Assembly: GCA_963734545.1 (NCBI GenBank)
Contig: CAVTHO010000010.1
Coordinates: forward strand, 64,001-128,000
Reading direction: 5' to 3'
Length of the DNA stretch: 64,000 bases
Source: an uncultured Spirochaetota bacterium
GTDB lineage: Bacteria > Spirochaetota > Spirochaetia > SZUA-6 > Fen-1364
Shown: piece after piece, positions 20,501-32,600 of the stretch
How positions within the stretch are numbered: the stretch's first letter is position 1
Layout: each line of letters begins with the position of its first letter
Notes under the pieces: model-generated
What the model was told of the DNA's origin: nothing
What the model saw: only the letters and a program-made list of their open reading frames with translations
Databases searched by the model: none
Position numbers and translations under genes: made by a program

Positions 20501-20692
20501 CAGGGGGGCCAGGATGAGGTTCACCGTGCCGCCTGCATCAGGCGCCATGGAACCGACGTTGATCGTGTCGGCCCCCGGCCCCGCGTTCACCGTAGTTGCT
20601 GAGCCGATGGACTGGATGTTCAGTATGTCACCGCCCGAGCCCAGGGCGATGTTCAAGCTCTCCACGCTGCTGTAGCCGATCCCGCCGCTCAT
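17588..20692 (-). CDS. C-terminal segment of the giant protein: RTX Ca-binding repeats, His/Trp-rich repeat, probable T1SS signal
   Basis: Many GGxGxDxL nonamers (GGAGDDAL, GGLGIDFL, GGDGDDIL, GGPGRDQA); ends DLRKKVLARLTWWLDEIAR*. Confidence 0.88.
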   Translation of the reverse strand: MSGGIGYSSVESLNIALGSGGDILNIQSIGSATTVNAGPGADTINVGSMAPDAGGTVNLILAPLTLIGGEGEDTLNVDDSGDSEPNSLTLTADSITGLGMSDGIGYSGVESLNIALGSGGNTVNVQSTSAHTRMVTGTGNDTVNVSSDAPANGGTLDGILGVLEIEAGGGVNSLNVSDEADGTPDSNVVITSSSLTGLSPANIYYAATDGTFGGGINIECGSGGNTIEVRSTHESIGTTTTLWSGEGDDLVTVTETDPIALIIHGEGGCDVIDAAVVTTDLVITGDNGNDRIAGGSGNDLISGNAGDDLIVAGLGSDEVSGGEGNDVLLGDVGIITPAYNPDGTPRLDPNGSWHSDVLLTDVGVITGVYHPSSLWWGDLDPDVISDLLNADLVLVVGAYNADGSRHLVRNAWGCQKWETELILVSLRADGNDVLDGGAGDDALFGGRGDDWLTGGLGIDFLVGGAGDDLLDGGDDADVLVGDDAVQVASASPLPNVLRGLLLIPGDAGNGPAGDIRVAAAGTTIVPVLSVVPGQAVDPFAAVLTHAGCDLSILPSTNTLDRLDGVRLAPLASFVTDVAHHLGLVAGNDTLRGGAGDDVLVGDNRVVFAPTLKVTAGILGTATGMGQDLSAAIDELSHFLDRIDKAIGKWVDGGCFASRDTVVDHTFRIGCDQLDGGTGRDFLVGDDMTIAAPSLTVPVGLVLSLDDFVEEAEDIACMAGGVLREIDDVSHDLRKTFVTVTAGRKPRINLVYHIDLIVSGNDSLAGGEGDDVLVGDRWSSLVPVITLVPDESPAPRHNGCGWGGHDNCGHDFWGGHDNWGHDSWGSHDNWGHDFWGNHYDSGHDSRGDHDGGRSCCSDEHGGDGLADARSAGNDLFDAGAGNDLAFGDSAAFAAPLVVAGEGLSQKSYCRVRYDAEELAEDLLDMGLAQESFWLWASTGERGSGLYLSRHEGCPGGPFDQDTMQGGDGDDILFGQDGSDILRGGAGDDWLVGGDGHDTLDGGPGRDQADQGQNCPSDLRKKVLARLTWWLDEIAR

Positions 20693-23600
20693 CCCCAGGC
20701 CCGTGATGCTGTCCGCGGTGAGGGTGAGGCTGTTTGGCCTCGCCGTCTCCGCTGTCGTCCACGTTCAGGGTGTCCTCGCCCTCCCCGCCGATGAGGGTCA
20801 GGGGGGCCAGGATGAGGTTCACCGTGCCGCCTGCATCAGGCGCCATGGAACCGACGTTGATCGTGTCGGCCCCCGGCCCCGCGTTCACCGTAGTTGCTGA
20901 GCCGATGGACTGGATGTTCAGTATGTCACCGCCCGAGCCCAGGGCGATGTTCAGGCTCTCCACGCCGCTGTAGCCGATCCCGTCGCTCATCCCCAGGCCC
21001 GTGATGCTGTCCGCGGTGAGGGTGAGGCTGTTGGGCTCGCTGTCTCCGCTGTCGTCCACGTTCAGGGTGTCCTCGCCCTCCCCGCCGATGAGGGTCAGGG
21101 GGGCCAGGATGAGGTTCACCGTGCCGCCTGCATCAGGCGCCATGGAACCGACGTTGATCGTGTCGGCCCCCGGCCCCGCGTTCACCGTAGTTGCTGAGCC
21201 GATGGACTGGATGTTCAGTATGTCACCGCCCGAGCCCAGGGCGATGTTCAAGCTCTCCACGCTGCTGTAGCCGATCCCGCCGCTCATCCCCAGGCCCGTG
21301 ATGCTGTCCGCGGTGAGGGTGAGGCTGTTTGGCCTCGCCGTCTCCGCTGTCGTCCACGTTCAGGGTGTCCTCGCCCTCCCCGCCGATGAGGGTCAGGGGG
21401 GCCAGGATGAGGTTCACCGTGCCGCCTGCATCAGGCGCCATGGAACCGACGTTGATCGTGTCGGCCCCCGGCCCCGCGTTCACTGTGGTTGCTGAGCCGA
21501 TGGACTGGATGTTGACCGTATTCCCGCCCGAGCCCAGGGCGATGTTCAGGCTCTCCACGCCGCTGTAGCCGATCCCGTCGCTCATCCCCAGGCCCGTGAT
21601 GCTGTCCGCGGTAAGGACGAGGCTGTTTGGCTCGCCGTCTCCGCTGTCGTCCACGTTCAGGGTGTCCTCGCCCTCCCCGCCGTTGAACACAACCCCACCG
21701 ATGGGAACGGGGATCCCTCCGACAAAGTCGACAGTCAAAGTGTCCCCGTCGTCGGACCCGTTGAACGTGAGGAAAGGCGCCTCAGCGGCCGTGATGATAT
21801 AGACGACCGTTCCGTTCAGAGACACCTGGATATTCCCTCCGTCGCGGAACAGCCGGAAGGTGTCCTGCTCGCCATCATTCATTCTCGGGCCGGCGTCGAT
21901 GACGGAATCTTCCCACACCGTGACAGCGAAGGACTGTTCGTCACTGGCAGCGGGGTCGGCGTTGTCCGTGACCCGCACGGTGAAGGTGTACACGAAGGGC
22001 CCCTGTGCCTCCGTGGGAATCCAGGTCAGCTCACCGGTGGAGGCGTCGAGGAAAACGAATGCCGGCGCCTGGTCCAGGTGGAAGGTCAGGACGTCCGTCC
22101 CGTCCGGGTCGGTCGCGACGATTGTCAACCGCAGCTCGACGCCTTCCGTGGCAGACTGATCACCGATGAAACCCAGGACCGGGGCATCGTTGACGCCCTG
22201 CACGATCACCACGACCCGGGCTGTCGCCGTCCCGGCCTTGCCGTCGGAAACGGTATAGGTGAAGGCGTCTGAGGCGGATTCGTCGAAAGCCAGATAGTCG
22301 AACACGCCGCGGGGGTCATAGGTATAGGTGCCATCACCGTTATCCGTCACGGTCCCCAGGGTCCCGGTGGTGTCAATGGAAACGATGGAGAGGATGTCGC
22401 CCGGGTCGGGATCGTGGTCGTTGGAAAGGAGGAAAGACGCCTGGATGATCAGCGCCGTGTCCTCGTCCGTCAACAGTTCGTCGTCCACCGCCATCGGCAA
22501 TGACTCCACCAGGACGCTGAGGGTGCCCTCGAACACCGCATCGTCCGCCCCGGACATCGTCACGGTCACGACATAGGTACCGCCCAGCTCCCACGTGTGG
22601 GAGATATCGGCCGTGACCGGGGTGTCCGCGCCCTCAGTGAAGGGCACGGTCCGGGTTTCGGTGGGCGAGCCATCGCCGAAGTCGAAGACCAGCCGGGCGT
22701 CCGCCCCGTTCATGGAATAGGACCCCAGGGGATCGCGGATGTCCACGTGGATGAGCGCGGGCCTTCCCTCGTACGCGCCGCCGGTGAGGGTCGGCTCCAC
22801 CACGAGATAGTGCTCGATGCCGGAGACGACCCCGCCGCTCAAGGCGGTCTCGACCCGCTGACCGATGATGACGCGATCCACGAACAGGTCCCCGCCGGCC
22901 TCGAGCTGAAGCATATTGGAGTACCGGTCGGCGGCCAGGAGGACGCGCGTGCTGACGATGTTCCCCGGGGAATGCACAATGAGCGATCCGTCGCTCACCG
23001 TCGCATTCCTGAGCTCGATGGACCCTGCGGCATTGATCTCGAGATCGCCCGCACCGCGCACGAAGGCCTCGATCCGGCGGACGTTCACGTCCGCGCGGAA
23101 CCCGTTCTGGGCCGTCATCTTGAGCGTATCCGCGCTGATGAGGGCGCCGACAGCCTGTGAAATGGTCCCGGCATCCAGATCGATGCGGCTCCCCTGAAGC
23201 GCCGTTCCGCCGAGGGTATTCAGCCGCAGCTCGTTTGTCGCCGTCAGCGCGATCCCCGCGCCCGAAGACTCGGCCAGGGAGCCCCGGTTCGTGAAAATGA
23301 TGTTTTCAGCACGCAGATCCACCGCGCCGCGGGCAACGAGGGCGGCGTCAACGATGATGTCCCGCTCTGCAACGATGTTCCACGGTCCCTGGTAATCGGC
23401 GCCGAGAAGGACGCTGAGGTTATCCCGGGAGACAAGGGTCCCCACCGGCCAGGCGCCCGTGTCGACCTGGATCGCGAGCCCCGCCGTAAGCTCGGCCTGA
23501 CCGCCGGTGAGAAGAGCCCCCGCTGCCTCCCGGATGCTCCGCGCCGAATCGAGGCGGATGGCCCCGTCGTTGTTTCCGGTCGAGCCCCGGGCCGTCAGGG

Positions 23601-26600
23601 CCCCGAGGACCAGGCCCCCGTCTCCACGGGAGACGATGTCAATGGCGTCGGCCTCGACCAGGGAGGCGACGATGCCGGCATCGGAGACGATGGACAGGGC
23701 CCCGGTGTGCGTTCGGACGTTCTCCAGCACCAGCGTCTTGCCGCTCCCGGCGAGATCCTTGTCCGACACGAAGAGGCTCTTCCCCGCCTCCACGACCAGC
23801 TCTTCCACGTCCGTGTAAAGGACCGCCTTGCCGGAGGAAGACGTGGCGACCGTCAGCCGCTTGCCCTGGACCAGGCTGCCCGGGTCTCCCATGACCGAAC
23901 CCAGCCCGGAGGCGAGACGGACATCGGCGCTGCCGACCACGGCTCCCGACAGGAGCATGACACCGTCCGGAGAGATGATCCGCACGAAGTCTGTCCCCGA
24001 CAGGCTCGCGCCCAGGATCAGGTCCGTGCCGGTTTGAATCAGGATGTCCCTGGCCGTGAAGGCGCTTCCGGCCTTCAGGCCTTCGATCGAGCCCGCCGCC
24101 AGGAAGGAGATCGAGCCCTGCGCATCGAAGGAAACATCCTTCATCGCGATGTCGCCGCCCGTGACGATGGAAACGGGCAGGAGGCGCAGGCCGTTGTGCG
24201 TCACCTCGACGAACAGGTCGGGAACGGTCTCCACCTCCGCGTTCGAATAGGTGGCGGGATCCGCAATGAGGATCTCTGCCCTCGGCACCTCGGTGTAGAC
24301 GGGGGTGAGCTCCGCGAAGCTGACCAGGATATCCTCGGGTTCCAGCTTCGCGACGCCATGGTCAGCGAGGGTCTCGCCCGGGTAGAGGACGATCAACCGT
24401 CCGTTCGGCAGCAGCTGGGTCTCGAGCGTGGAGAGCACGGTATCGAAGTTGACGATCCTTCCCGTGGTCTCATCCAGGAAATAGAGGCTTTCCTCCCCGG
24501 CGCCGGCTTCTGCCGACGTCGTCAGGAAGCGGTAGCGGTAGCTGTCCACGGCAAAGAGAGGGCTCTGGATGGTGACATCACGATCATTTCCAGTGTCCAG
24601 CCAGGTTTCCTTGTGAGTCTCGGTAGTCCACTGCAGGAACCGCCGCACGGTGAAAGCGCCGTCAAAGAGGAAGAGGTCCGCGGGCCGTTCGCCGGATTCA
24701 TTCCAGGCGTAGAGGCGGCTCCCCAGGGACCCGTCCCGATTCTGCCGATAGTCAACGAACACCCACGCGCTGCCGCTGTTCTCCAGTCCCCTGGTCCACG
24801 TGTAGAACACATCGTCGCTCGGGTCGTCCGGCGTGCCCTTCGTGTCACGGTAGAACGTGCGGCCGGTCCCGTCCTCCTGGTAGATGAAGAGCCCGGAGAA
24901 CTCGTCCTGGGCAACGAGAACGGCCTCGTCCTTGGTGGGGGCATCGAGCGTCACCCCGTCCAGCAGCTCGTCCACGGGGAGCTTCCGCAGCCTGTCCTCG
25001 ATGGAAAGACGGCCCGACTTCAGGCTCTCGATGCTGTCCTTGAGCGACTGGATCCGCACATCGCCCAGGCGCAGCTGGTCCCTGAACCCTTCCAAGGCGA
25101 CGGTAAGGGCGAGCCGGTTCTGGGAGAAGGCCAGGTCGTGCGTGAAGACCAGGCGTTCGGCCTCGATCGCCTGCGCGTTGATCTGGGCTGCCCCGAGATC
25201 GGACCGCTCGGTCTGCTTCGTCTGGAGGATCGCGGCCAGGCCCTCTTTCAGCCCCGTCTCCCGCAGGTCCAGCTCACCCAGGCGGCTGTCCAGTCCCGCT
25301 TTGTTCGCCGTCAACGTGATACGTGCGGTGTTCAGATCCCCCAGCTCCTTGGTCAGAACGCTCAGCGCCCCGTTGAGGTTGGAGCGCTCAGCAAGGTCGG
25401 CCTGATAGACCAGGTTAAGATCGGCGCGCTGGTTCTGCAGAGTGGAGATCTCCCCCGTGACCCGGGTTGCCTCGGACGGAAGCGAGGCCACGGCCTGGTT
25501 CAGCAATTCCTCGAGGCTGAGCTGCTGGCTCAGAAGAGCGGTCTGGGAGGACTGAAGCTCGGCGAGCGAAGCCTCCTGCAGGCCCAGGGCGGCGAGGGAG
25601 GCCGAAAGCGAATTCTTCTGTGTCGTGAGAGTCGTCTCCTGCGACTGAAGGGCTGCGATGTCCGTTTCCAGGGACTGCTTCTGCGCCTGCAGCCCGAGGA
25701 TCGTCGCCTTTTCCGTCTCGAGAGCCGTCTCCTGGCTCCGGTAGCCGGAGAGAGCCGAGGAATAGTCGGAGCGAAGGGCGGCCAGGGCCGAGTGGGTACC
25801 GGGCAAGGTCGCGTCCAGCGGCTGGTTGGCGCCCTTCTGCGCGAGAGCGGTCCCCACCTGGGTCAGGTCCGTGCGCATGCCGGAGACGGACGCAAGGATG
25901 TCGCGGAGGTCCTCGAGGTCGGCCCGGGTGAGGCCGTCCAGCATGGCCGGGGTGATATCGGTCAGGGACTTCGTCTGTCCCTTGTACTGGATCTGGCCCA
26001 GGTTGAAGGTGCTGAGAGACAGCTTTCTTCCGTCTGAAAGGGTGAACTGGAGGGTCTCGAGGTCGAAATCGTTGTTGAAGAGGGTCGCTGCGGCGGGCTC
26101 ACCCGGCAGGATCGACCGCGGAATTGCTCCGATCCTCTCGTTCACCTGCCCGAGCAGGGCGTCCACCTGGTTCAGGTTGCCGATCCCGGTCACCAGGGTC
26201 TGGTAGGCGACCTTTTGAAGCTGCGTGTTCACCGCGCCGATCTGACTGGAGGTGGAGCTGATGGCGGACCCGACTGAGCTCAAATCGCCTTCCACCAGGC
26301 TCAGGCTCCGCTGTCCAGACAGGCTGGTCGAAACGGTGCCCAGGGTCTGCTGATCCGAGAGGATGGACGACTGCACCGACGTCAACTGGGACTGCGTGAA
26401 ATCGAGGTCCTGCCGCAGCCCGATGCCGGCCTGGATCGTGCCCAGCTGGGTTTGAAGCGCGGTCAGTCCCGTCCGGGTGATCAGGTCCCCGACATATCCC
26501 CGAAGGGTTTCGCCCAGCACATTCGAATAGCCCGAGAGGTCGCGGAGAGACTGCTCGATCACGGCGAGGTCGGTCACGCCGTTCAGGGACGAGATGATGG

Positions 26601-29600
26601 CCAGGGCCGATTGCCGCGCGGTCACCTGGGAGTCGATGGCGCCCATCTGGCCGACAGTGGCATCGATCCGGCCTGTCACGGCCTGGATGCCGTCCTGGGT
26701 CTGGGCCAGGGAACCCTTGTTGGCGTCGATCTGAACGAGGAGGGCAGACTCCTGCCCGGCCAGCCCTGACAACCGCGTGGTCGTGGAGGCGGTCTCGTTC
26801 TGGAGGCCGTTGAAGAGCTGGCTCAGCTCAGCGTCGCTCATCGTGCTCACGTCGAGCGCCGTCACCCAGCCCGCGTCCAGCGTCGCCGGGAACTCGGTCG
26901 CTCCGCCGGACAGCTTGAAGCCCTGCCGCGCGCTCATTTCCGCCGTCACGTCTGCGAGGACCCCGCTCAAGGCGGCCTTGTAGCCGGTCGTGGCGTCCAT
27001 CGTGTCCCGCACACCCTGGAGCACGGTCGTGAGGTCTGAAACGTTGCCGGAAATGGCCAGGATGCCGGCTTCGTTGGCTCCCAGGAGCGATTGCACCTGA
27101 TCGCGATCCTGAAGCACGCCCGTCCTCTCCGTCACGAGGTCGTCATAGCCCGCCATGTCTTCGAGCACGTCGGGGAGAAGCGCCTGCGCCTGGACGAGGT
27201 CCCTGAACGCCCCGGTCTGGACCTGCACCTGCAGATCCCGAACGAGTGAGGGAGTCTGTATGAGGTTCTGCAGGCGATCCTGCTCCATCAGCCTCAGCAG
27301 GGCGTCCTGTCCGAGGCGTCGGTCCGCCTGCAGCCGCAGGGATTCCTGAAGCTCGAGATCCAGCGCTGCCTGGAGCCGGAGGTTCTCCTCCAGCTCCATG
27401 GTCAGCTGCTCCCGTTCGGTCAAGGGTACAACGACGGTCAGCCCCTCCCAATCGCTGACGTCGGAAATAAGGTTCACATTTCCGCCGGAGACCACGCCGA
27501 ACTCGGTGAGACCGCTCAGGCGACCGCCGAGGGTCACGCTGCTTGCGGCCTCCACTGTCAGCCCTCGAACGGATATGTCCACGGCGCGGCCCAGCGCGCT
27601 GAGGCTCCCGCCGGCTTCGAGCTCGAGCGTCCTTGCAGCCTCCAGGCGCCCCGTGAGGACGAGGTCGTTGTTCGCCTTGAGGACGATGTCTCCTCCCGAC
27701 AGGACCGACGAGCCGGAGACCGCCTCGCGGACGAAGAGGCTGCCGCCCGTTGACTGGAGGGTCAGGGCCGCGCCGCTCAGCAATCCCTCGACCTTGCCGA
27801 CCACCAGCCCGCCGTCAGCGGTGACCGTGAGGGCGCCCCCCCGTGCCGCCGCGAGCTCCAGCCCCGTGCTGGCCTCGCCGATTCCGTCTCGATCAGTGAG
27901 GTTCACGAGAGCCGAGGCTCCGGCGCGGAGATCCTCCACCGTCCTGACCGCGGTGTGCACCCCGTTGATTGAGCCCTTGGCGGCGAGGCGAACAGCGTCC
28001 GCCACGATGTGGACGCCGCCCAGGCTGCCGACCGGAACGATTGCGCCGTCACTGGATATTTCCACCCGGCCCTGGGAGGAGTACCCCTGGGTGAGGGTGA
28101 GGAGGGAGTTGGTCTCCCCCAGCGCCGCCGCGGCCGCCGCACCCTCGTCGCCGGGGAACACGGACGAGTAGGCAACCCCGAGGACATCAAGAACCCTGCC
28201 GTAGATGAGCGCGGCCACCTGCCTCGTCATGATCGTGCCGTCGTCGGCAAACGCGTGCGCGACGACCCACGCCAGGTCCTCGGCCTGGGTCAAAGTCAGC
28301 TCCACGAATGCGTCGGACACCACGATCACCGGCAGCCCGCCTGAAAGCGTTCCCCTGACGAGCCGGTTCGTCCGGGTCAGGAAATCCTCAGGGATACCTT
28401 CCGTGGAAATCTGCCGAAGCACGCCGTTCAGCGCATCGAGCCGGACCTGGGCTGCTTCCGCCTCGCTCGACGCATAGGTTCCGCCGCTCACCCAGCCCAC
28501 CATGACGCTCCCGCCGCTCCCCGGGGTCGTCTCCAGGACGATCATGTTCGGTCCGGGGACGCCGGGGTTCCAGTCGTTTCTCAGGACCACCCAGGTGGCG
28601 GTCAGGTTTCCGTTCTCGGTCACGCGGATGTCGCCGTTGGTGATCTCGATTTTCTCGAGCACCAGGTCGGGGCCCGCATCATGCACGGTCAGGTTGCCGT
28701 CTCCGCTGACGTCCACCGTCACGACGTTGGCGTTCGTCTGCAGGCTCGTGGCGCCGAAGGCGACCACGTCCAGGCGGTCCGCCGTGATCAGGCTTTCCGC
28801 GTCAAGGGGCGACATCGTTCCTTCCACCCGCACCTCGACATCCGCGGCGCCGGCCGCGTCGATCACGTCATAGACCAGGGATGCTCCGTCTGCCGTCAGC
28901 GCCCGCACCGCGATGGAGATATCGTTGTCATCGGAGCCTCCCGGGGACCGGACGCTGGTTGCCGTCACTCCGCTGCCCAGGGCACGGATCGTGATGGTGC
29001 CGGCGGCCGTTTCCACTTCCGTCAGGAGGAGTCCCGCCGTCTCCGTATCGCCCTCGGCGTCGACGTCGCGCAGGAGGATGTCGCCTGCGACGGTCACCCG
29101 CGCCCGAACCTCTGCCACGGCCAGATTGTCGAGGAGGACACCGGTCCCTGATGTGGCCTCGAGGTATGCCGCCGTGATGGTTCCGCCAAGGGCGGGAGGC
29201 GTGTCGCCCTCCTCGACGGCGTCCACCCATTCGCCGGTGAACTGGAAGACTGATCCCAGGGGCGCGTCCACCCTCACGCGGTCAGCCGTGAGAACGGCGT
29301 CGATGAGGGAAACGTCTCCGCCCTCGGTCCCGGCCTGCAGGTGGATCTCGGCATTCGCCCCCGTGGCAGCCAGGAAAGCGCCGATCGAGGTCCGGTCCGC
29401 CGTGCCGTCCAGCTCGACGTCGGAATCCGCGTGGGCGAACACGCTGCCGACCCCGGTCTCATCGGTTCCTGCAAGGACTTCGATACCAGTGACGGCGTTG
29501 ACGGCGTTTGTCATGCGGAGGTCCGTGCCTGCCGACAGGAGGACGCTGCCGGCGGCGAGGATCGCCCCGTCCACCCGGAGGCTTCCGCCCGCCGTGACCG

Positions 29601-32600
29601 CCACGTTGCCCGCCCCTGCGATCGCGCCCGGGACCGCAGTGATCAAGGAGGCTGTTTCGCCGATCAGAACGCTGCCGGTCGCAGAGATATCGATGGAAGC
29701 CGTTGCCTTCAGGTGGACGATGTCATAGATCTTCGGCTCCGCCGGCATTGCCCCGCCGACGGTCACGTCGCCGCCGACAGAGGTAATGGCGATGGCGCCG
29801 TTCTCTCCCTCCGCGCTCAGGTTGGCCCGCACCTCCACGTTCGCCCCGGAATGAATCGTGATGGTCCCCCGGGCCGTCAGGGTATCCAGATCGAAGATCG
29901 TCAGGTCCATGGGACCGTCGGCAGGAACAGCTTCACTGTCCCACACGGGCCGCGCCTGGACCACGGGCTCGAGCTTCCGGTTCGTGACCTGCTCGAACTT
30001 GATGACAGGGACCATGCTCGCGATGGTCTCGTAGCGGGGCCGCTTGTCCACGATGTCATGGGCGTCGGTGAAGACAAGGTAGGTGATGTCCGACCGGATG
30101 TCCTTGACTTCCTTCCATTGAGTCTTCAGCTTGTAGATGTAGTCGGTCTGCGTTTCGCCGACCGTGTAGGGGGCGGACCAGTAGGGATCTCTCTCCAGAA
30201 CGGCGATGAGACGGGAACCCGGATCCGCGTCGTTCCAGGTGCCGTTTGTCCACATTTGCAGGAAATCCTCGTCCCCGCCGGAATTGTTCGGCTCTCCCGA
30301 GGAGAAATTGCCGTATCCCCACGCACTGCCGTCCGAGAGCCTGCCGCTCCCCTCGCCGTTCACCCAATCCAGGGACCAGTTGGTGTGGCTCGTGCTGTTG
30401 ATGTTGTACCCGCCGAGCCACACGGTGCTCGAGATCAGGCTTTGGACGTAGTTGTTTTCCCCGGAGTCGTTGATGACGACCATGTGCCAGCCGTCTCCGA
30501 AAGCCGCGGCCAGGTCGTAGGCCTCGTACCAGGTGTAAGAACCGGCTGTCACGTAGTAGTCGCGGCCGTTGTATATCCTCTGCTCTCCAACGGTGCCCTC
30601 GGACCGGGTCCGAGCGGCGATTTCTTCCAGCGTCGCGCCGATCTGGGCGACCGCGAGGATGTTGTTGCCCACGTCTTCCTGGCCGTACACCCGGCGGCTG
30701 TTGACATCCAGTCCATAGTCCCAGTTGCCGCCGTCGAACCCCGACAGGTTCACGCCGTTATGGCCGGCATTCTGGGCGACGAGATTATCCAGCAGGTTCG
30801 TGTCGAGGTTCCACGCGTCCTTGGGGTCCCAGACCACCTTGACCGAGTTGTCCATGTCGAAGGCGGGCTGCAGGACGAATCCCGCCTGGGTCACACCGTA
30901 CAGGTAGTCGAAGTCGGACACCGCCATCAGGCCGGTCCCGGAGAGGGCAATGCTCTGCGCCACGGCGAGGTTCACCAGGCCGGTGTAGAGGGCGGGGACG
31001 TAGGGGAGCCCTTCCGAGGGCGCGCTGCGGCCGTCCTTGATGCTGTACTGCTCGTAGGCGGTGTACGCGTCCGTCCAGTTGGAGTCGGGCAGCGCGAGAT
31101 AGGTGACCACCCAGCGAGCCGCGCTGTCGTCGTAATCATCCAGCTTCCAGACGGCTCCGTCCACCGCTGCCGGCTGCGTCCCCGAGACGAAGGTCGACCA
31201 CTCCTGGGTGTACTTGAGCTGGGCCACTTCCCGCTTGTATCCCACCGTCTCGTCGTACGTATCGACGTTGCCCACGTACTGGAGCTTCTTGGCGTCGGGT
31301 TCGGTCCTGTCGTTGCCCAGCGTGGTCACCGTGTAGGTCTCCCACCATTCCCTGGGCGCGCGCAGGAATATCGAGGTTCCGTCGTCCAGCGTGTACGACA
31401 CCACGGCCCGGGCAGCGCCGGAGAAGTTCAGCTCCCAGACGTTGGCAGTGGGGATGCCCTCGATGTTGCGGTTGATCTTCCCCAGGCCTTCCATGGGCGA
31501 GTAGATCTTCTCCGAGTGGGTGTCGAGGAGGACCTGGTCCTCCCGGGCGGAGAAACTGGCCTTGTAGAGGGCCTTCGCCGGATTGCTGTAGTCCGCGTTG
31601 TAGTCCCGGCCGGCGATGTAGAACAGGTCGGCCAGCGCCTGGACCTGCTGGGGAGTCGGATTTTCCGGCAGGAGATGCGCGGGAGGCATGAACCATTGCT
31701 CGGCCGTCATGCCCGCAGTCAAAGGATCGTAGGGCCGGAACTCGGGGAACCAGAAGTCGAAGTATTTCTTGTACACGTACTGGGTGGTCACGGCCGTCCC
31801 GACGCCGACAGTGCCCACACCGGCGGGAACCGTCGCCTTGAACTTGCCGTTCACGAAGACCCCCGGCACGAACTCCGTGCCTCCGGTTTCCATCTGGTAG
31901 AAGAGCCCCTGCGCCTGGACGGAGGAGAGGGCCTGGGCGACCGTAAGGCCGGCGGACCCGGACGCGGCTGCCGTGAAGGTGCCGATGCCGTCGGCCAGCG
32001 AAAGAATGCCGCTCACCATTTCCGTCGCTCCGAGGACCCTGGCCTGCTCCAGGGTGAGCCCGTCGAACCTGGAATAGGTGGATGCGGCCGTGGCCATGGG
32101 CACAGCGGCGGGCAATGTCACGGTCATCCTGAACCCGGAGAGGAACCGCAGGTCGAACAGCTTCTTGTAGTGCAGGTGATCCATGATGGCATTCAGGCGT
32201 TCGGTATCTGTCAGGTCGCCCCAGCCCTTGTACTGCGTCTCGCCGTCGTCCGTGCCGGAAATCACCCTGTCCACGAGACCGGTATGGAGCTCCGTGTAGG
32301 TGTGGGCGGTATAGAGCTGCACGTCCTGCACCGCTGCGGCTCCCTCCACGGTCAACGCCGCGCTCATCGCCCCTCCGCCCATCAGCGACGCGGGCACGTA
32401 CAACGGCGGGTTCATGACTCCTCCCGTTGTGCCCGCCTGAGCGTCAAGAACCACGGCGTCGAGCGCGGCCCCCTCCGCCAGCGGACGGCCGAGGTCCAGG
32501 ATGAGGCCGGAGTAGTTGATGACCTCCGCTATCGCGTAGAGCAGGGCTTCATCCTCCACCAGGAGCCTGACGCCCGAAACCGGGTCCCGCATGTAGACAC

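Noticed and set aside
20628-21287. 219-aa ORF as an independent gene
   Set aside because: It is two repeat units bounded by the two +1 insertions, and its Met is an internal repeat residue without an RBS.
20310-21685. 297-bp repeats as IS/MITE copies
   Set aside because: Head-to-tail coding units with no terminal inverted repeats, target duplications or transposase.
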